Below are positions 26,996 to 38,580 of a stretch of DNA of 64,000 nucleotides, piece after piece; the first letter of the stretch is position 1, and each line of letters begins with the position of its first letter. The stretch lies in the NCBI RefSeq assembly GCF_009914755.1, contig NC_060927.1; one strand, 5' to 3'. The translations under genes and the position numbers were made by a program. The stretch is from the human T2T-CHM13v2.0 reference genome, Homo sapiens. Below the pieces are notes generated by a model. It was not told the DNA's origin. It ran no database searches and saw only the letters and a program-made list of their open reading frames with translations.

Positions 26996-27909
26996 GGTTC
27001 TTCTAACATTTCACAATTTTGCGATACTCAGCAAGGCATTTCTATCTAGCCCAGGTTAAACAACTAATTCAATTGAGAATAACCCTCCCCATAAGTATCA
27101 GTAAAGGCTAAATAAATTCTGTTCCTACCTTTTGCTAAGATGATGCATAAGCCTAAGCTCTGGGACAATCTGAGAAGTCCGCCAGACTCTAAGCTCCCTT
27201 TTGAGACAAGTTGCCCCAACCCATTCCTTCCCACACAAAGTGCACCATTTGTGGTGTGGGAGTGGCAAGAAACGAGTCCAGGTCTCTTGGCCACAGCTAA
27301 ATGGACTAAGGATGGAGTCTGGGTCTAAAGCAGCCACCAGTAGAGGACATAGGGAGATGGCCATCCCTGCAGGCCAGCAGAGAGGAGGTAGGTCCCCCGA
27401 GAAAGAAGCCCCTGAACAGAGCAAATTTGGACAGCATCTCCAGTTCCTTACAATGGCTACTGTGTGACTCTCTTGGAAGCTCTGGGACCCAGCACAACTG
27501 TGGCAACTCCAGATGCCACTCCAGGATGTGCCATGATTCCTGCCACAAACCTCCACTGTCAAAGGACCCCGGGGTGTGTTTCATCACTGGGTGTGGCAAT
27601 ACAGCAGACCAGGTCCCCAGTCCCTTCCTAAGGCTTAGCTCAGGGCTGAGGAGCAACTACACAGCAAAGAAGGGGCCTTCTCTTAGCCTTTTCAGAATGG
27701 AGAAAACAGATAAATTTGTAGCATAAGCTTGTACCAATGGCAGTCACCACTGGCAGAGTGAAAGATCTGATTCTCTTAGAGGTGCTGGAGTATGTACCAG
27801 TGCAGACATGGGAAGCCAGAGAAAACAAAAGGACTTGTCCAGGTTAACTAAGAAAAAAAGGATGTTGGCCTCTGGGTAGGGGATAAAGATGAATGGTCTC
27901 ACCATCTTA

Positions 27910-28130
27910 CTTTACTGAGCACCTACTATGCGAGAGGCGCTGTCTTAAGCCTTTTTCCTGACCTATTTCATTTAAGCCTCACCCTCCAATGCAGTACCAA
28001 TATTATCCCCATTTTCTTTTAACATGAGAAAACCAAGTTTTAGTGGAGTTAAGTACCTTGCTTAAGGTCTTAAAGCTCAAGAAGGGCCACCAGGATTTGA
28101 ACCTGCCTCTCACTAAGGTCTTGTTCTTAG
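27910..28130. mobile_element. MIR
   Basis: tttactgagcacctactatg...attatccccatttt...gaaaaccaag...gatttgaacc. Confidence 0.65.
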
Positions 28131-29099
28131 TACCGTGCTCATCTGTCATCAGACTTGGAGGAACACTCAATGGCAGATAAGCAGAGTAGACTGTAGAGCA
28201 GTGAGTTTTTATTAGTCAAGGGCAGAGCAGGTGTGGTGGCCCTGGAAATGTAGAACCACAGGCCCTGGACTGTAACTTAGCAACCCAAGGCTTCTTGCTG
28301 TAATTCCTCCCCACCCAGCCAGGCAGAGGGTACCCAGCTGTGACAGGTGGCTTAGGGAGCTGTGGCCATTCTCTCACCCTAAGGAGAGTCTAAGTAACAT
28401 ACTAGTGTGATAATTTATCCCATGTGCCCTGGTACTGTGCTGAGAGGGTTAGGCCATCAATTTAGAATTACAAAACCACTGCCCTTTAGAGCTACAAGAA
28501 CCCTTAGAAATGATTTCCTCCAACTCTTTATTTCATAAAAGAGGTCTGGAGAGGCAGTGTGAGCTCTCACAGGCAGCCAGGATTAAAATGGCAGAATGTT
28601 GGCTCTCAGTCCAGGGCTCCTTCTCCTCCCTTATCCACAGCTCAAGGGCTGCTCTCCCTCACAAAGCAAAGATAAGGCTCAGAGAATTATGCAGCCCCAG
28701 AACATTTCCCAGGAGCTAAACGAAGGCATTTCTTCTCATACACAAGCTTCCCAGATCCCACCCAGCCTGCACCCTCACCCAGCACTGCCCCCTCACCCAG
28801 CCCTGCTGTCCAGTGATGAGACCCTAAAGAGGCGACAGGGCTTGCCTGGGCTGCCTCTTCCTAACACCTCCTCCCCTGAACTCACTCAGGGACTGTCCCC
28901 TACAGCTTCACCATGCATCCAACACCAGCCACAGAGAGGAAACACACAGCCAGGCTGCAGGGTCCTGCCTCTGACCCACTTGGTGCGGGAAGACTCCCTG
29001 CTGCAAGACTGGAGGCTGCCCCAGGTCATAACTGGGCTTCAAGAATGCAAGAACAGCAAGGACGATGGGCAGCAGAGAAGGAGAATTACATGGCACCAG

Positions 29100-29540
29100 T
29101 TCTGGAGCTGGAGATGCCAGGATATGAATTCCCATCCCTGTCACTTAGCAGCTAAGTGACCTTAGGCCAATTCTTAACCTCTCCAAGCCTTCACTTCCTG
29201 GCTTGAAAAACACAATTATACCTACTTCACAGGGTAGTTTTGTGAATTCAAAGAGACAGCAAAGGCAAAACACCATGTCTGACAATTATTTTTCTAATAT
29301 TATTATTAATCGTAATGGTAAAATAACTCCTGTTCACTGGCTTTCACTCTCAGCCAGGCACAGTGCTAACTGTTTTACACGCATTATCTCATTTATTCCC
29401 CACTACCTGAAGTAAATGCTATTAATTCAATTTCACATTTAAGAAGGTATGCTTAGAGGCATTAAGTGAATTGCCCAGTGATACACAGCAATTAAGTAGA
29501 GGGGTTAGGATTCAAAACCAAGACGGACTCCAAAGCCCGT
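29100..29540. mobile_element. Two MIR copies, opposite orientation
   Basis: gtgaccttaggccaattcttaacctctccaagcctt and attatctcatttattccc...ttaagtgaattgccc...ggattcaaa. Confidence 0.55.
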
Positions 29541-30109
29541 GATGACATTTGCAGGTTCCACCTTTCACATTCATTATTTCATCCAATTTAAGAAACCCTG
29601 GGAATCACGTGATTGGTAGGTCCTGGGGGGAAAGTATCCCACTGACAACCAAGCTGAGATTGGCAAGGACCCTTGGAATGGGGGATTTGGTAATCTAATT
29701 TTCTAGTTAGTGCAATATTTACTAGAAGGCTTTGTTTATTGCTAAATATTTTCTAAAGCAAGGCTCAGAGCAAGAACTTGCCAACTAGCATGCTTACATG
29801 GCCACGGTGGGCCCAGCCACCAGCACCATGCCCTCCTTTCTGCTGAAGATCTCCACTCTCCTTCTCGTTCTCGCAGGGGCCCAAGGCTCAGGAAGGAACG
29901 TGCTGACCACCCCTGGGGATGAGGGGACCTATGCTCTTTCCTAGCTCTGCAGGGACTGAGATTCCTCAAAATTAATATTGAAAGGATGAGCTGGAAGATC
30001 TGCAAGATTCATGAGAGCCAGAGAGGGCAGCTAGTACCATTAAAGATGAACCTGGACTCCAAGCACCTCTAACACTTTCTGTCGTTAGTCACCACGACTG
30101 CTGATATTT

Positions 30110-30300
30110 GCCACACACTTACTGTTAGACATACTGGGCTGAGGACTTGCCTGGCACTATTTCATCCCCACTGCAACCCCGTGATAAAGGCACTGTACTT
30201 TCATCTCCACTTCACAGAGAAAGAAACAGAGGCTAAGAGAGGATAAGTGACTTGCTTAAACGCACACCGCTAGTAGCCGAGAACCAAGATTTGAAGGCGG
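30110..30300. mobile_element. MIR
   Basis: ttcacagagaaagaaacagaggctaagagaggataagtgacttgc. Confidence 0.6.
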
Positions 30301-30903
30301 GGCACATATTGTAGTAAACATTTGGTGAATGAAACCTCCTCTGTCTATGCTCTTAGCTACTAAGTCCTATCAAGCTCGCCCCATAACCCTGAAGTCATCC
30401 TTTTCCACGCGGAGCCTTGCTTCTCCCAAGAGTACGCTCTAAGTGTTGGCTGGCAATAAAGTAGGCAGACACTGGTCGCCCTGCACCTGGTGCAAGACTC
30501 TGGCCTGACGGTCACATACTTTAGCAGAGAGTTCCCATCAGTGAGCTGGAGACGGGTTCCTAAACACACACATGGAGTCAGGAGTTCACTGGGTTCCTTC
30601 TTCAGAGGCTACTCTGGCACTGCCAAGCAGGCCGTGGCAAGCTCTTACCACCGGACACACATGGTAGGTGCCCTACTGGCCGCCAAAGCGCCCAGGAATC
30701 AGCTGCAGGCCTGCCGGGGTTCTGCCTTCAAAGGCAGTTGGGGAGGCCCAGGCCCGCTCCGCGCACCTCGCGTGGCTCCCCACCACCCCCGCCAAATGTG
30801 CACCACCCATCACCTCCCAAAGCAAAAGGGCCTGAGGACCCGACGCCAGTGCCTGCCACGAGCTGAGGGCTCGAACTGGCAAGCCCCAGGGCGTTGCCCA
30901 GGT

Positions 30904-30947
30904 CCCCGGCCCCCGGCCCCCGACCCCCAATCCCCGGCCCCCGACCC
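30904..30947 (-). repeat. 7-bp tandem repeat, (GYCGGGG)x6 on the sense strand; predicted G-quadruplex
   Basis: Plus: ccccggc ccccggc ccccgac ccccaat ccccggc ccccgac cc. Confidence 0.85.
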
Positions 30948-31180
30948 TGAGGGTCCACCCCCGCCCCGCCCACCTCCCGCGCCTCCCTCAGCTCGCTTCA
31001 CACGTCACCCCTCAGTTCTGCAAACTCTCCTGGCTCCCGAAGGCGTCCTAGAACCTCCCCCTCACCCCGGGGCCCAGCACCGCGTCGTCCCCTCCAGGGG
31101 GCCGAGGGTTCGACACCTCCACTTCAAGTCCCAGGCGGGTGTCGGAGTCCGCTCCAGCCCCAAGCGCGCGCGCGTCTTAC

Positions 31181-31420
31181 CTGAAGCCTGGACTCCGCGG
31201 GACGAAGCCACCTCCGCCGACGCGTCCAGGAGGCCCCACGGCGGCGCCGCTTTCCCACCCCGCCGCCGCCCCCAGCGCCAGCTTCTGGCCCAGGAGGCCC
31301 AGAAGGCCCAGGCAGCCAGCACAGGTTTGGCCGCGCCGCCGGGTTCGCAGCGACCGCCACCTCCAGGCTCGCAGGTGCCCGCCGTGCGCCTGCCCGGCGG
31401 GCGAGCCCGGCGCGGAGCCT
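31181..31420 (-). other. POMGNT2: POMGNT2 non-coding exon 1 (TSS approximate)
   Basis: Consensus donor CAG|GTAAGA at 31181/31180 inside the only CpG island of the window; no ATG on the minus strand between 31181 and 31440. Confidence 0.85.
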
Positions 31421-31421
31421 G

Positions 31422-31433
31422 TGCGCCTGCGCA
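31422..31433. promoter_or_regulatory. NRF1-like motif
   Basis: TGCGCCTGCGCA, one mismatch to the TGCGCATGCGCA palindrome, at the TSS region. Confidence 0.65.
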
Positions 31434-31481
31434 GAGCCGCGAGTTCGGTTGCCCTGGCCCCGGCCAGAACCTTGGCTCGCG

Positions 31482-31552
31482 GAATCCTGGGAGGTGTAGT
31501 TTTGCGTACGAGGACAGCCCGCGCCGCCACCAGCCTGCGGAATGTTGGGAGT
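31482..31552 (-). promoter_or_regulatory. ZNF143 (SBS) / THAP11-HCFC1 motifs
   Basis: The minus strand reads ACTACACCTCCCAGGATTC (31500-31482), matching ACTACAnnTCCCAnnAT; a second CTCCCAACATTCC lies at ~31551-31539. Confidence 0.7.
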
Positions 31553-32219
31553 GATAATTTGCGCCGAGAGGCTGAGTTTTACTTAGTGTTAGGATTACAC
31601 AGTTATGGCAGTTCTGATAATAAATTTAAATGCAAGTTTAACCAACAACCAAATGTCATTGTAAAGTCAAGGTAATTAATACGTTTACATGCTTTTAAAA
31701 ATTGTAATGCTACAGAGAACTTACAAAAGCACCAGTCCTCTGCGGCACCATTCCATTAACCAGCTGTCACCTTATCCCACCGTCCAGTCCTGGCTGTCCA
31801 GTCCTCAAGGGCAGCTACTTATGGCTGTGGCATCTGGCATTCCCGCGGATTCTCCGAATATACATATGCCCCTATTTCTTGAGTTATGAATTTTAGATCT
31901 TTTGACTTCTTTTTTAGATCTCTTGACTTTTTTTGAACTTAAGTCATCTAGAGATGCACCTACCACCACCAACTCCACCTCCATAGAGTTATAAGATTTC
32001 TACCTATCAAATTGGGAAAGCCCTGACTTTAATTTATGATTATTTTAAATTAGCCCAAATGTTAAGGTATTAAGTTGGTAAATTTTTGCAGGGCAATTTG
32101 TCAATACAGCCAAAAACCTTTAAAAACATGTAGTCAAAAGCCTCTAACCAAGAAATTCTAATAATTGTGGATGACTGCAAAGGCTGAATAGTGTTGTTTA
32201 GATGATAATAAACTGAAAG

Positions 32220-33860
32220 GCTGAAGTGGTGATATTACTTTCAGAGAGAGTAGAATTGACAGCAAGGAAAATTACCAAGAATAAAAAAGGGATAATTATA
32301 TAATGATAAAAGGTTCAATTCACCAAGAAGACATAATTCTAAATGTGGATACACCTAACGACATAGCCTTAACATAAATAAATCAAATGATAGAACCATA
32401 ATTAGAAATAGACAACTCTGCAACTGTAATTGGAAACTTCAGCATCCCTCTCTCAACAACTGATAGAACACTAGACAGAAAGTCAGCAAGGATATAGAAA
32501 AGATCAACACTAATACCATCCTAATCTAATTGATATTTACATAATACTTCACCCACCAACAGAATACACATTCTTTTCAAGCAACCTTGGTATATATATT
32601 AAGATAAACTGTATCCTGGATCATAAGTTTTTAAATATACAGAAGACATTAATATATATTTTACCAAAGTAGTTATACAGATGGCAAATAAGGACAGATG
32701 TTCATCACTAGCCATAAAGGAAATGCAAATTAAGACTATGCTGAGATATCACCATACACCTATTTAAAACAGCTTAAAAAGGCAGGGCGCGGTGGCTCAT
32801 GCCTGTAATGCCAGCACTTTGGGAGGCCATGGCTGGCGAATCACGAGGTCAGGAGTTCAAGACCAGCCTGGCCAACATGGTGAAACCTCGTCTCTACTAA
32901 AAATACAAAAATTAGCTGGATGTGTTGGTGCGCGTCTGTAAACCCGGCTACTCAGGAGGCTGAGGCAGGGGAGAATCACTTGAACCCAGGAGGCGGAGGT
33001 TGCAGTGAACCGAGATCGCGCCACTGCACTCCAGTCTGGGCTACAGAGCAAGACTCCATCTCAAAAACAAACAAACAACAACAACAACTACAAAACAGCT
33101 TAAAAAATAAAATACCAAATGCTGGTGAGTATGCACAGAACTGGATCTCTCATATATTACTCACAGATGGGTATATCATGGTAGTTTCTTTTAAAAAACT
33201 AAACATATGCTTCCCATATGACTCATCAATCACACTCCTGAGCATCTATTCCAGAGAAATGGAAACTTATGTTAACACACAAACTTGTACACAATTGTTC
33301 CTACTTTCTTTATTTGTAATTGTCAAAAACTGTCAACAAACAAAATGCCCCTCGATAGGTGAATGGTTAAATAAACTGTGATTACATCTATATAAAGAAT
33401 ATCATTCAACAATAGAAAGGCACAATTAACACGTGCCACAACTTGGGCATTATGCTGGGTGAAAAAAAGTCAGTCTCAAAAGGTTACATACTCTGGTTGC
33501 CATTTGTATAACATTCTTGAAATGACAAAACTATAGAGATGGAGAAAATATTAGTGGTTGTCAGAGGTTGAAGACAGGGTGTAGGTGTGAATATATAAGG
33601 GTAACAGAAGGGAAGCCTTTGTACTGATGAAATAGTTCTTTGTCTTGATTGTGGTAGTGGTTACACAAATCTACACATGTGATAAAATGACTAAAACTAC
33701 ACACAAACTTTCTATCAAGGTTAAATTCCTGATTTTTATATTGTATTATAATTACGTACAATGTAACCATTGGGGGAAACTGGATGAAGAGATTCCTCTC
33801 TGTACTATCTTATTATAGATTTTCACAAATCTATAATTATTTCAAGATAAAAAGTAGGAA
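32220..33860 (+). mobile_element. L1M fragment (ORF2 endonuclease region joined to ORF2 C-terminus/3'UTR), Alu-interrupted
   Basis: ataatgataaaaggttcaattcaccaagaagacata; translation ...PYDSSITLLSIYSREMETYVNTQTCTQLF...KCPSIGEWLNKL resembles the L1 ORF2 C-terminus. Confidence 0.85.
32781..33091 (+). mobile_element. AluS with TSD
   Basis: Full dimer; TSD AAAACAGCTTAAAAA (32766-32780 and 33092-33106). Confidence 0.95.
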
Positions 33861-35106
33861 AAAAAACAAATTTGGAAACTGCTTAATTCCTCAGTCATGC
33901 AGGATTAAGTAAAATCACAGATCATCTCAGAAATCATTGAAAAGATGCTGCAAAATAGTATTTACTTAATAGAGTGGAAGACATTTCACATTATATCATA
34001 TTTAATGAAAAAAGTATAAAATATTCCATAAGATCCCATTTTTAAAAAGAATATATTTGTGCACAGTAACAGCACAGAGCACAGAAGGATATCAGCAAAA
34101 TTTCAATGAGCCATGACCCAGGGTGGTAAGACTATGGGTGTTTTTTTATTGTCATCTTGCTGGTTACCTGTATGAATTTATTCTGAAGTGAACATATATT
34201 GTTTTGTTATTTTAAATATAAGTTGTTTAAAAAACTTCTAAGTTTTAAAAAGCTCCTATGTTGAGTTTATGGGTCTCTATAAGATAGCCAGTCATAGTCA
34301 CTGATAGAAAGAGGCACCTAACAGTCCAAGAGAGCAGCCCCTTGCTGGAGGTGGACAGGGATTGGGTTCTGGCCAAAGCTGAATCTCCTGGATAGGATCT
34401 AACAGGATGGCCTGTAAGTCACCTAGGACCCAGTTTGCAGACACTGATCATCTTTGAGTCCATCATGTTTTGAAAACTATTCTGGCTGTGGAGCATTGCT
34501 GGTAGGAAGCTTTAGTAGACTGGAAAAAACTAGTACATTTCTTTTTATTAAATATCCAAGGTGGCTTAGGTAGCTGGCTTTTTGAGGTCTTTCCCAGCAT
34601 TTTAAATCCATATTCATGCATGCCAAGCTGAGTTAGGCATTCCTCAAGTCCAAGCCCTCTCCCTTTGTCTGGGGTCATATTCCCTTTCTATTTCTCTGTG
34701 TGGATGCCTTCCAAACCCACATCTCTAGCCCTGAATTCCAGATCCACATTCCCAATCCAAGTTGCTTGGGGCATACACACCTCCACCTGGCTGGCCTGCT
34801 AGGATCTTAAAATCTGCATGATGAACATGGTGGTGATGGTAAAGATTGGGATGGTTTTTAAATATGTCTGCAAATTATTTGACTATTTTTCCTTTGAAAG
34901 GGGGAGTCTAGTTCCCTTCCCTCAAATATGGGCATAACTTAGTAACTCACTTCAATGAACAGAAAATGTCAGAAGTGATGCTATGTGACTTCTGAAACTG
35001 GGTCATAAAAGTGGTACATCCTCTCTCTGTCTCTCTCTGGTTGCCTTGGGAACAGATTCACCATGTTGTGAGGAAGCTCAGGTTACATGGATAGGACCTG
35101 CATGAG

Positions 35107-35526
35107 TGTATTAATGTGTTAGAGCTGCCATACCAAAATTTCAGACTGGGCAGCTTAAAAAACAGAGATTTACTTCTCACCGTTCTGGAGGTTGGAAGTC
35201 CAAGATCGAGGTGTCAGCAGGGTTGGTGTCTTCTGAGGCCTCTCTCCATAGCTTGAGGATGGCCGCCTTCTTACTGAGCCCCCACATGCCTTTTCCCTAT
35301 GGATGCCCATCCTTGGTGTCTCTTGTGTGTCCCAATCTCCTCTTCTTATGAGTATACCAGTCAGATTGGATTATGGCCTAACCCAAAAATGAGCCTAATC
35401 ACCTCATTTTAACCCAATTACCTCTCAAAGGCCATATCTCCAAGTACAGTCATGTTCTGACGTATTGAAGGTTTGGGCTTCCGCATATGAATTCGAGGGC
35501 AGGGGGATACCATTCAGTCCATAACA
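35107..35526 (-). mobile_element. MLT1A/B-like LTR nested in older MLT1
   Basis: gttctggaggttggaagtccaagatcgaggtgtcagcagggttgg...attcagtccataaca; near-TSD ATGAG/ATGGG. Confidence 0.8.
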
Positions 35527-35625
35527 ATGGGTATACCAGCCAGCAGCCCCAGCTAGGCTTTCAACTGACAACCAATATATATTGCCAGATATATGAGCGA
35601 ATGAGCCCTCAGATGACTCCAGCCC

Positions 35626-36009
35626 TGATATGGTTTGGCTCTGTGTCCCCGCCTAAATCTCAGGGTGAATTGCAGTCCCCAATGTTGTGAGAAGGACCAG
35701 GTTGGAGGTAATTGGATCATGGGGGCAGATTTCCCCCTTGCTGTTCTCATGATAGTGAGTGAGATCTCACGAGACCTGATGGTTTAAAAGTGTGTGGCAC
35801 TTCCTGCTTTGCAAGCTCTCTCTCCTGTCACCATGTGAATATGTGCTTGCTCCCCCTTCACTTTCCATTATGATTGTAAGTTTCCTGAGGCCTCCCCAGC
35901 CGTGCTTCCTGTACGGCCTGCAGAACTGTGAGTCAATTAGGCCTCTTTTCTTCATACATTACCCAGTCTCAGGTAGTTCTTTATAGAGGTGCAAGAACAG
36001 ACTAATACA
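35626..36009 (+). mobile_element. MSTA/B solo LTR
   Basis: tgatatggtttggctctgtgtcccc...cctgcagaactgtgagtcaatta...acagactaataca; perfect TSD AGCCC. Confidence 0.9.
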
Positions 36010-36199
36010 AGCCCATAGCTTTCAAGCCACCTTAGCTGATACCCTGAACATCACAGCAAAGTTAATCTGTCCCTGTTGTGCTTTATCTAAATTTTTGACC
36101 CACAGAAACCACAATAAATAATCAATGATTTTAGTTATTTTTGAGCCACTAGGTTTTCAAATCTGATTATGTAACATCAGATAATGAATATTATCATCC

Positions 36200-36720
36200 C
36201 ATATTAGTTATCTACTGCTGCATAAAAAATCACCCCAAAACTTAGTGGCATAAAACAACAATGATCATTTGTTATGTCTCACCATTTGTTTGGGTCCAAA
36301 ATCTGCAAGTGACCTGGCTGATTGGTTCTTATAAAGTTGTAGTCAGATGTCAGCTGAGGCTATAGTCAACTGAAGGATTGATTGAATGAGCCTGGAGGAT
36401 CTGCATCCCAGATGGCTAGCTCAAAGGGGTAGAAAGTTTGCATCTCTCCATGCAGGCCTTTCTATGCAGCTGCTTGAATGTCCTCAAGACAAGACAGTTT
36501 GTTTCCTCCAGAGCAATTGATTCAAGACACCAAGGCAGCTGCTATTCCTTTTCGTGATCTCATTTGAGAAGGCTCAGAGCCTCATAAATGATCAATTCTG
36601 CAGCCTTCTGTTGATCACATCGGTCAGCACTGATTCATTCTGGGAGGGGACCATGTGAAGATGCTGAATACCAAGAGAGAAGGATCATAGTAGACCTTCT
36701 TGGAGGCTGCCTACCACAAT
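36200..36720 (-). mobile_element. MLT1H-like LTR
   Basis: tattagttatctactgctgcataaaaaatcaccccaaaacttagtggc...ttggaggctgcctaccaca. Confidence 0.7.
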
Positions 36721-36729
36721 GATAATAAG

Positions 36730-36930
36730 AGATACCATCTGTTTAGTGCCTATCATGTGTTTGGCTTTATGTTGAAATTATCTCATTTAATCCTCACTAC
36801 AACCTTATGCAGTAGATTATTTTTGTCCCTAGTTTACAGATGAGAAAACTGAGGCTAAGTCATTCAGTGTCTTGCCTCAGGCCACGTAGCTGGCAAATGG
36901 AGGCACAGAGATGGAACCCAGCTTGGTGTG
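36730..36930. mobile_element. MIR
   Basis: atctcatttaatcctcac...tttacagatgagaaaactgaggct. Confidence 0.75.
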
Positions 36931-38285
36931 ATGCCACACTAACATCTCTGACCTGCCATCTCTCCCTCCATTCTCCCCAATGCCATGCTGCACCCCTTCT
37001 GCTCCCTCTCCCTCCCCACTGCCAAGTTGTGTAAATTCCTGCAATATCTCTCTTTCCCTCCATCCTCTTCCAGTCTTGCTTCTACTGTTCTGTTACAGGG
37101 TGGCCCTATAAGTATAGGCGATGTCAAAAAATATATAAGATTTTTAAAAAGTACTTGTCTGTTAAATGCATGAAGAAATTCTAGCGACTTGTTATAACTC
37201 TACTCAGTTTAAAACCCATGCATCTATTTGGGTTTTTAAAAGTGATCTTCAGACACAAAGCAAGTGGGAAATGGGAAGCCAGATAATCCAGTGGAAGCTG
37301 TGCCCACATCAGAAAAACGAGACCAGAGTAAGGCCTAGGGGAGCTGCTGTGAGAGAAGAGGCAAAGCACAAGGGTCCTTCCCCCAGCCAAGCAACCAGGC
37401 CTTCTTTCTCCAGATATGGCACTGAAATGAAGTTTTGAAGGAATTTTAAAAGAATGCATTTGAAAATGTAATAATCATTTTTGATAACACATAATTTTTG
37501 TAAATCTTCCCTATTGTATATTTTAAATTCAAAGTTATATTTGGCCAGCTCATTGATAGCATGATAGGCCATTTTGCTAGCATCTGAGCTTATCAAGTCT
37601 GTTTGCCATGGGGACCCTCCACTTTCCCTCCCACAGTGAGTATTCACCATCCTGCAAGAGCAGGAGGTGAAATCAGGGCATTGATAAGGCCCCTGCTATG
37701 CACTGATTTTTATAGATAATTAGATGCTACCTGAGAGGAGGATAATTATAAAAGACATTTATTTCCTGAAATTGAAGATTAACTCATTGCAGTGCCTTTA
37801 ATCAACTTTAAGTTGTGATTGTGTGCAATTTGCATAATTCTGAATCATTCCCTTCTTTTACCTCTTCATCCTCAACATTGCCCTTCTCCTTTGCTCCTGC
37901 AGATGACTGTTATTTGAATTGTCCAGCCCATACAGGCTTACGAAAGGAGATTTTTTTTCTGAATGAGTGACAAAAGGAAGACACATCTTCTAGTGGTAAA
38001 TACTCTGGGTTTCATTGAAAAGAAGTCCATGTGGTACACATCCTGGGAAATACATGACTGAGAACCCCATGAACTGGCCTCCACACGCCCTACAGGACAA
38101 TCATGGGTCACTTGCTTGGATCTGTTTAGTGGCTCATTTATTCAAATAGATACAGCTACCCCCTGAATATGGCTGCTTCTGAAATCTACAACTCAGTAAT
38201 TTACTTCAGTCTTTCTTGCCCCACATCTTGGATTTCTTGGAGGATAATTCCACCGGAAATGTTATGGTCAAAAATAGTGTACATA

Positions 38286-38568
38286 TTGGGAGGCCAAGGC
38301 AGGCAGATCACTTGGGGTCAGGAGTTTGAGACCAGCCTGGCCAAGTGAGCCTGGCCTGTCCTCACTTGAGGTCAGAAGTTAGAGACCAGAGATGGTGAAA
38401 CCCCGTCTCTACTAAAAATAAAAAAAATTACCCAGGTGTGGTGCCAGGCCCCTGTAATCCCAGTTACTCAAGAGGCTGAGGCAATGAGAATTGCTTGAAA
38501 ACAGGAGGTGGAGGTTGCAGTGAGCCAAGATCATGCCACTGCACTCCAGCCTGGACGACAGAGTGAGA

Positions 38569-38580
<12 letters not shown>
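38286..38580 (+). mobile_element. Alu, 5'-truncated, with internal duplication in the left monomer
   Basis: Starts at ttgggaggcc; extra ~47 nt at 38345-38391. Confidence 0.9.

Larger units (their letters stand above)
30670..31570. promoter_or_regulatory. CpG island / TATA-less POMGNT2 promoter
   Basis: Abrupt rise in GC and CpG density (e.g. AAGCGCGCGCGCG at 31162, GC boxes CCGCCC); spans exon 1. Confidence 0.93.
34845..36185 (+). mobile_element. MLT1F/G-like LTR split by two younger MaLR LTRs
   Basis: cagaagtgatgctatgtgacttctgaaactgggtcataaaa...ccatgttgtgaggaagc; resumes at 35527 and again at 36010. Confidence 0.7.

Noticed and set aside
28596-29159. 187-aa plus-strand ORF antisense in the intron
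   Set aside because: Pro/Gln/Leu-rich low-complexity translation of C-rich DNA ending in a MIR; no homology recognised.
30490-31675. 354-aa and 178-aa plus-strand ORFs over the promoter
   Set aside because: Pro/Arg/Ala-rich low-complexity translations expected from a stop-poor CpG island; no domain recognised.
32857-33381. ORFs at 32857, 32920 (and similar at 38412, 43437, 44794, 48375, 54422, 61189)
   Set aside because: Translations of Alu and L1 remnants.
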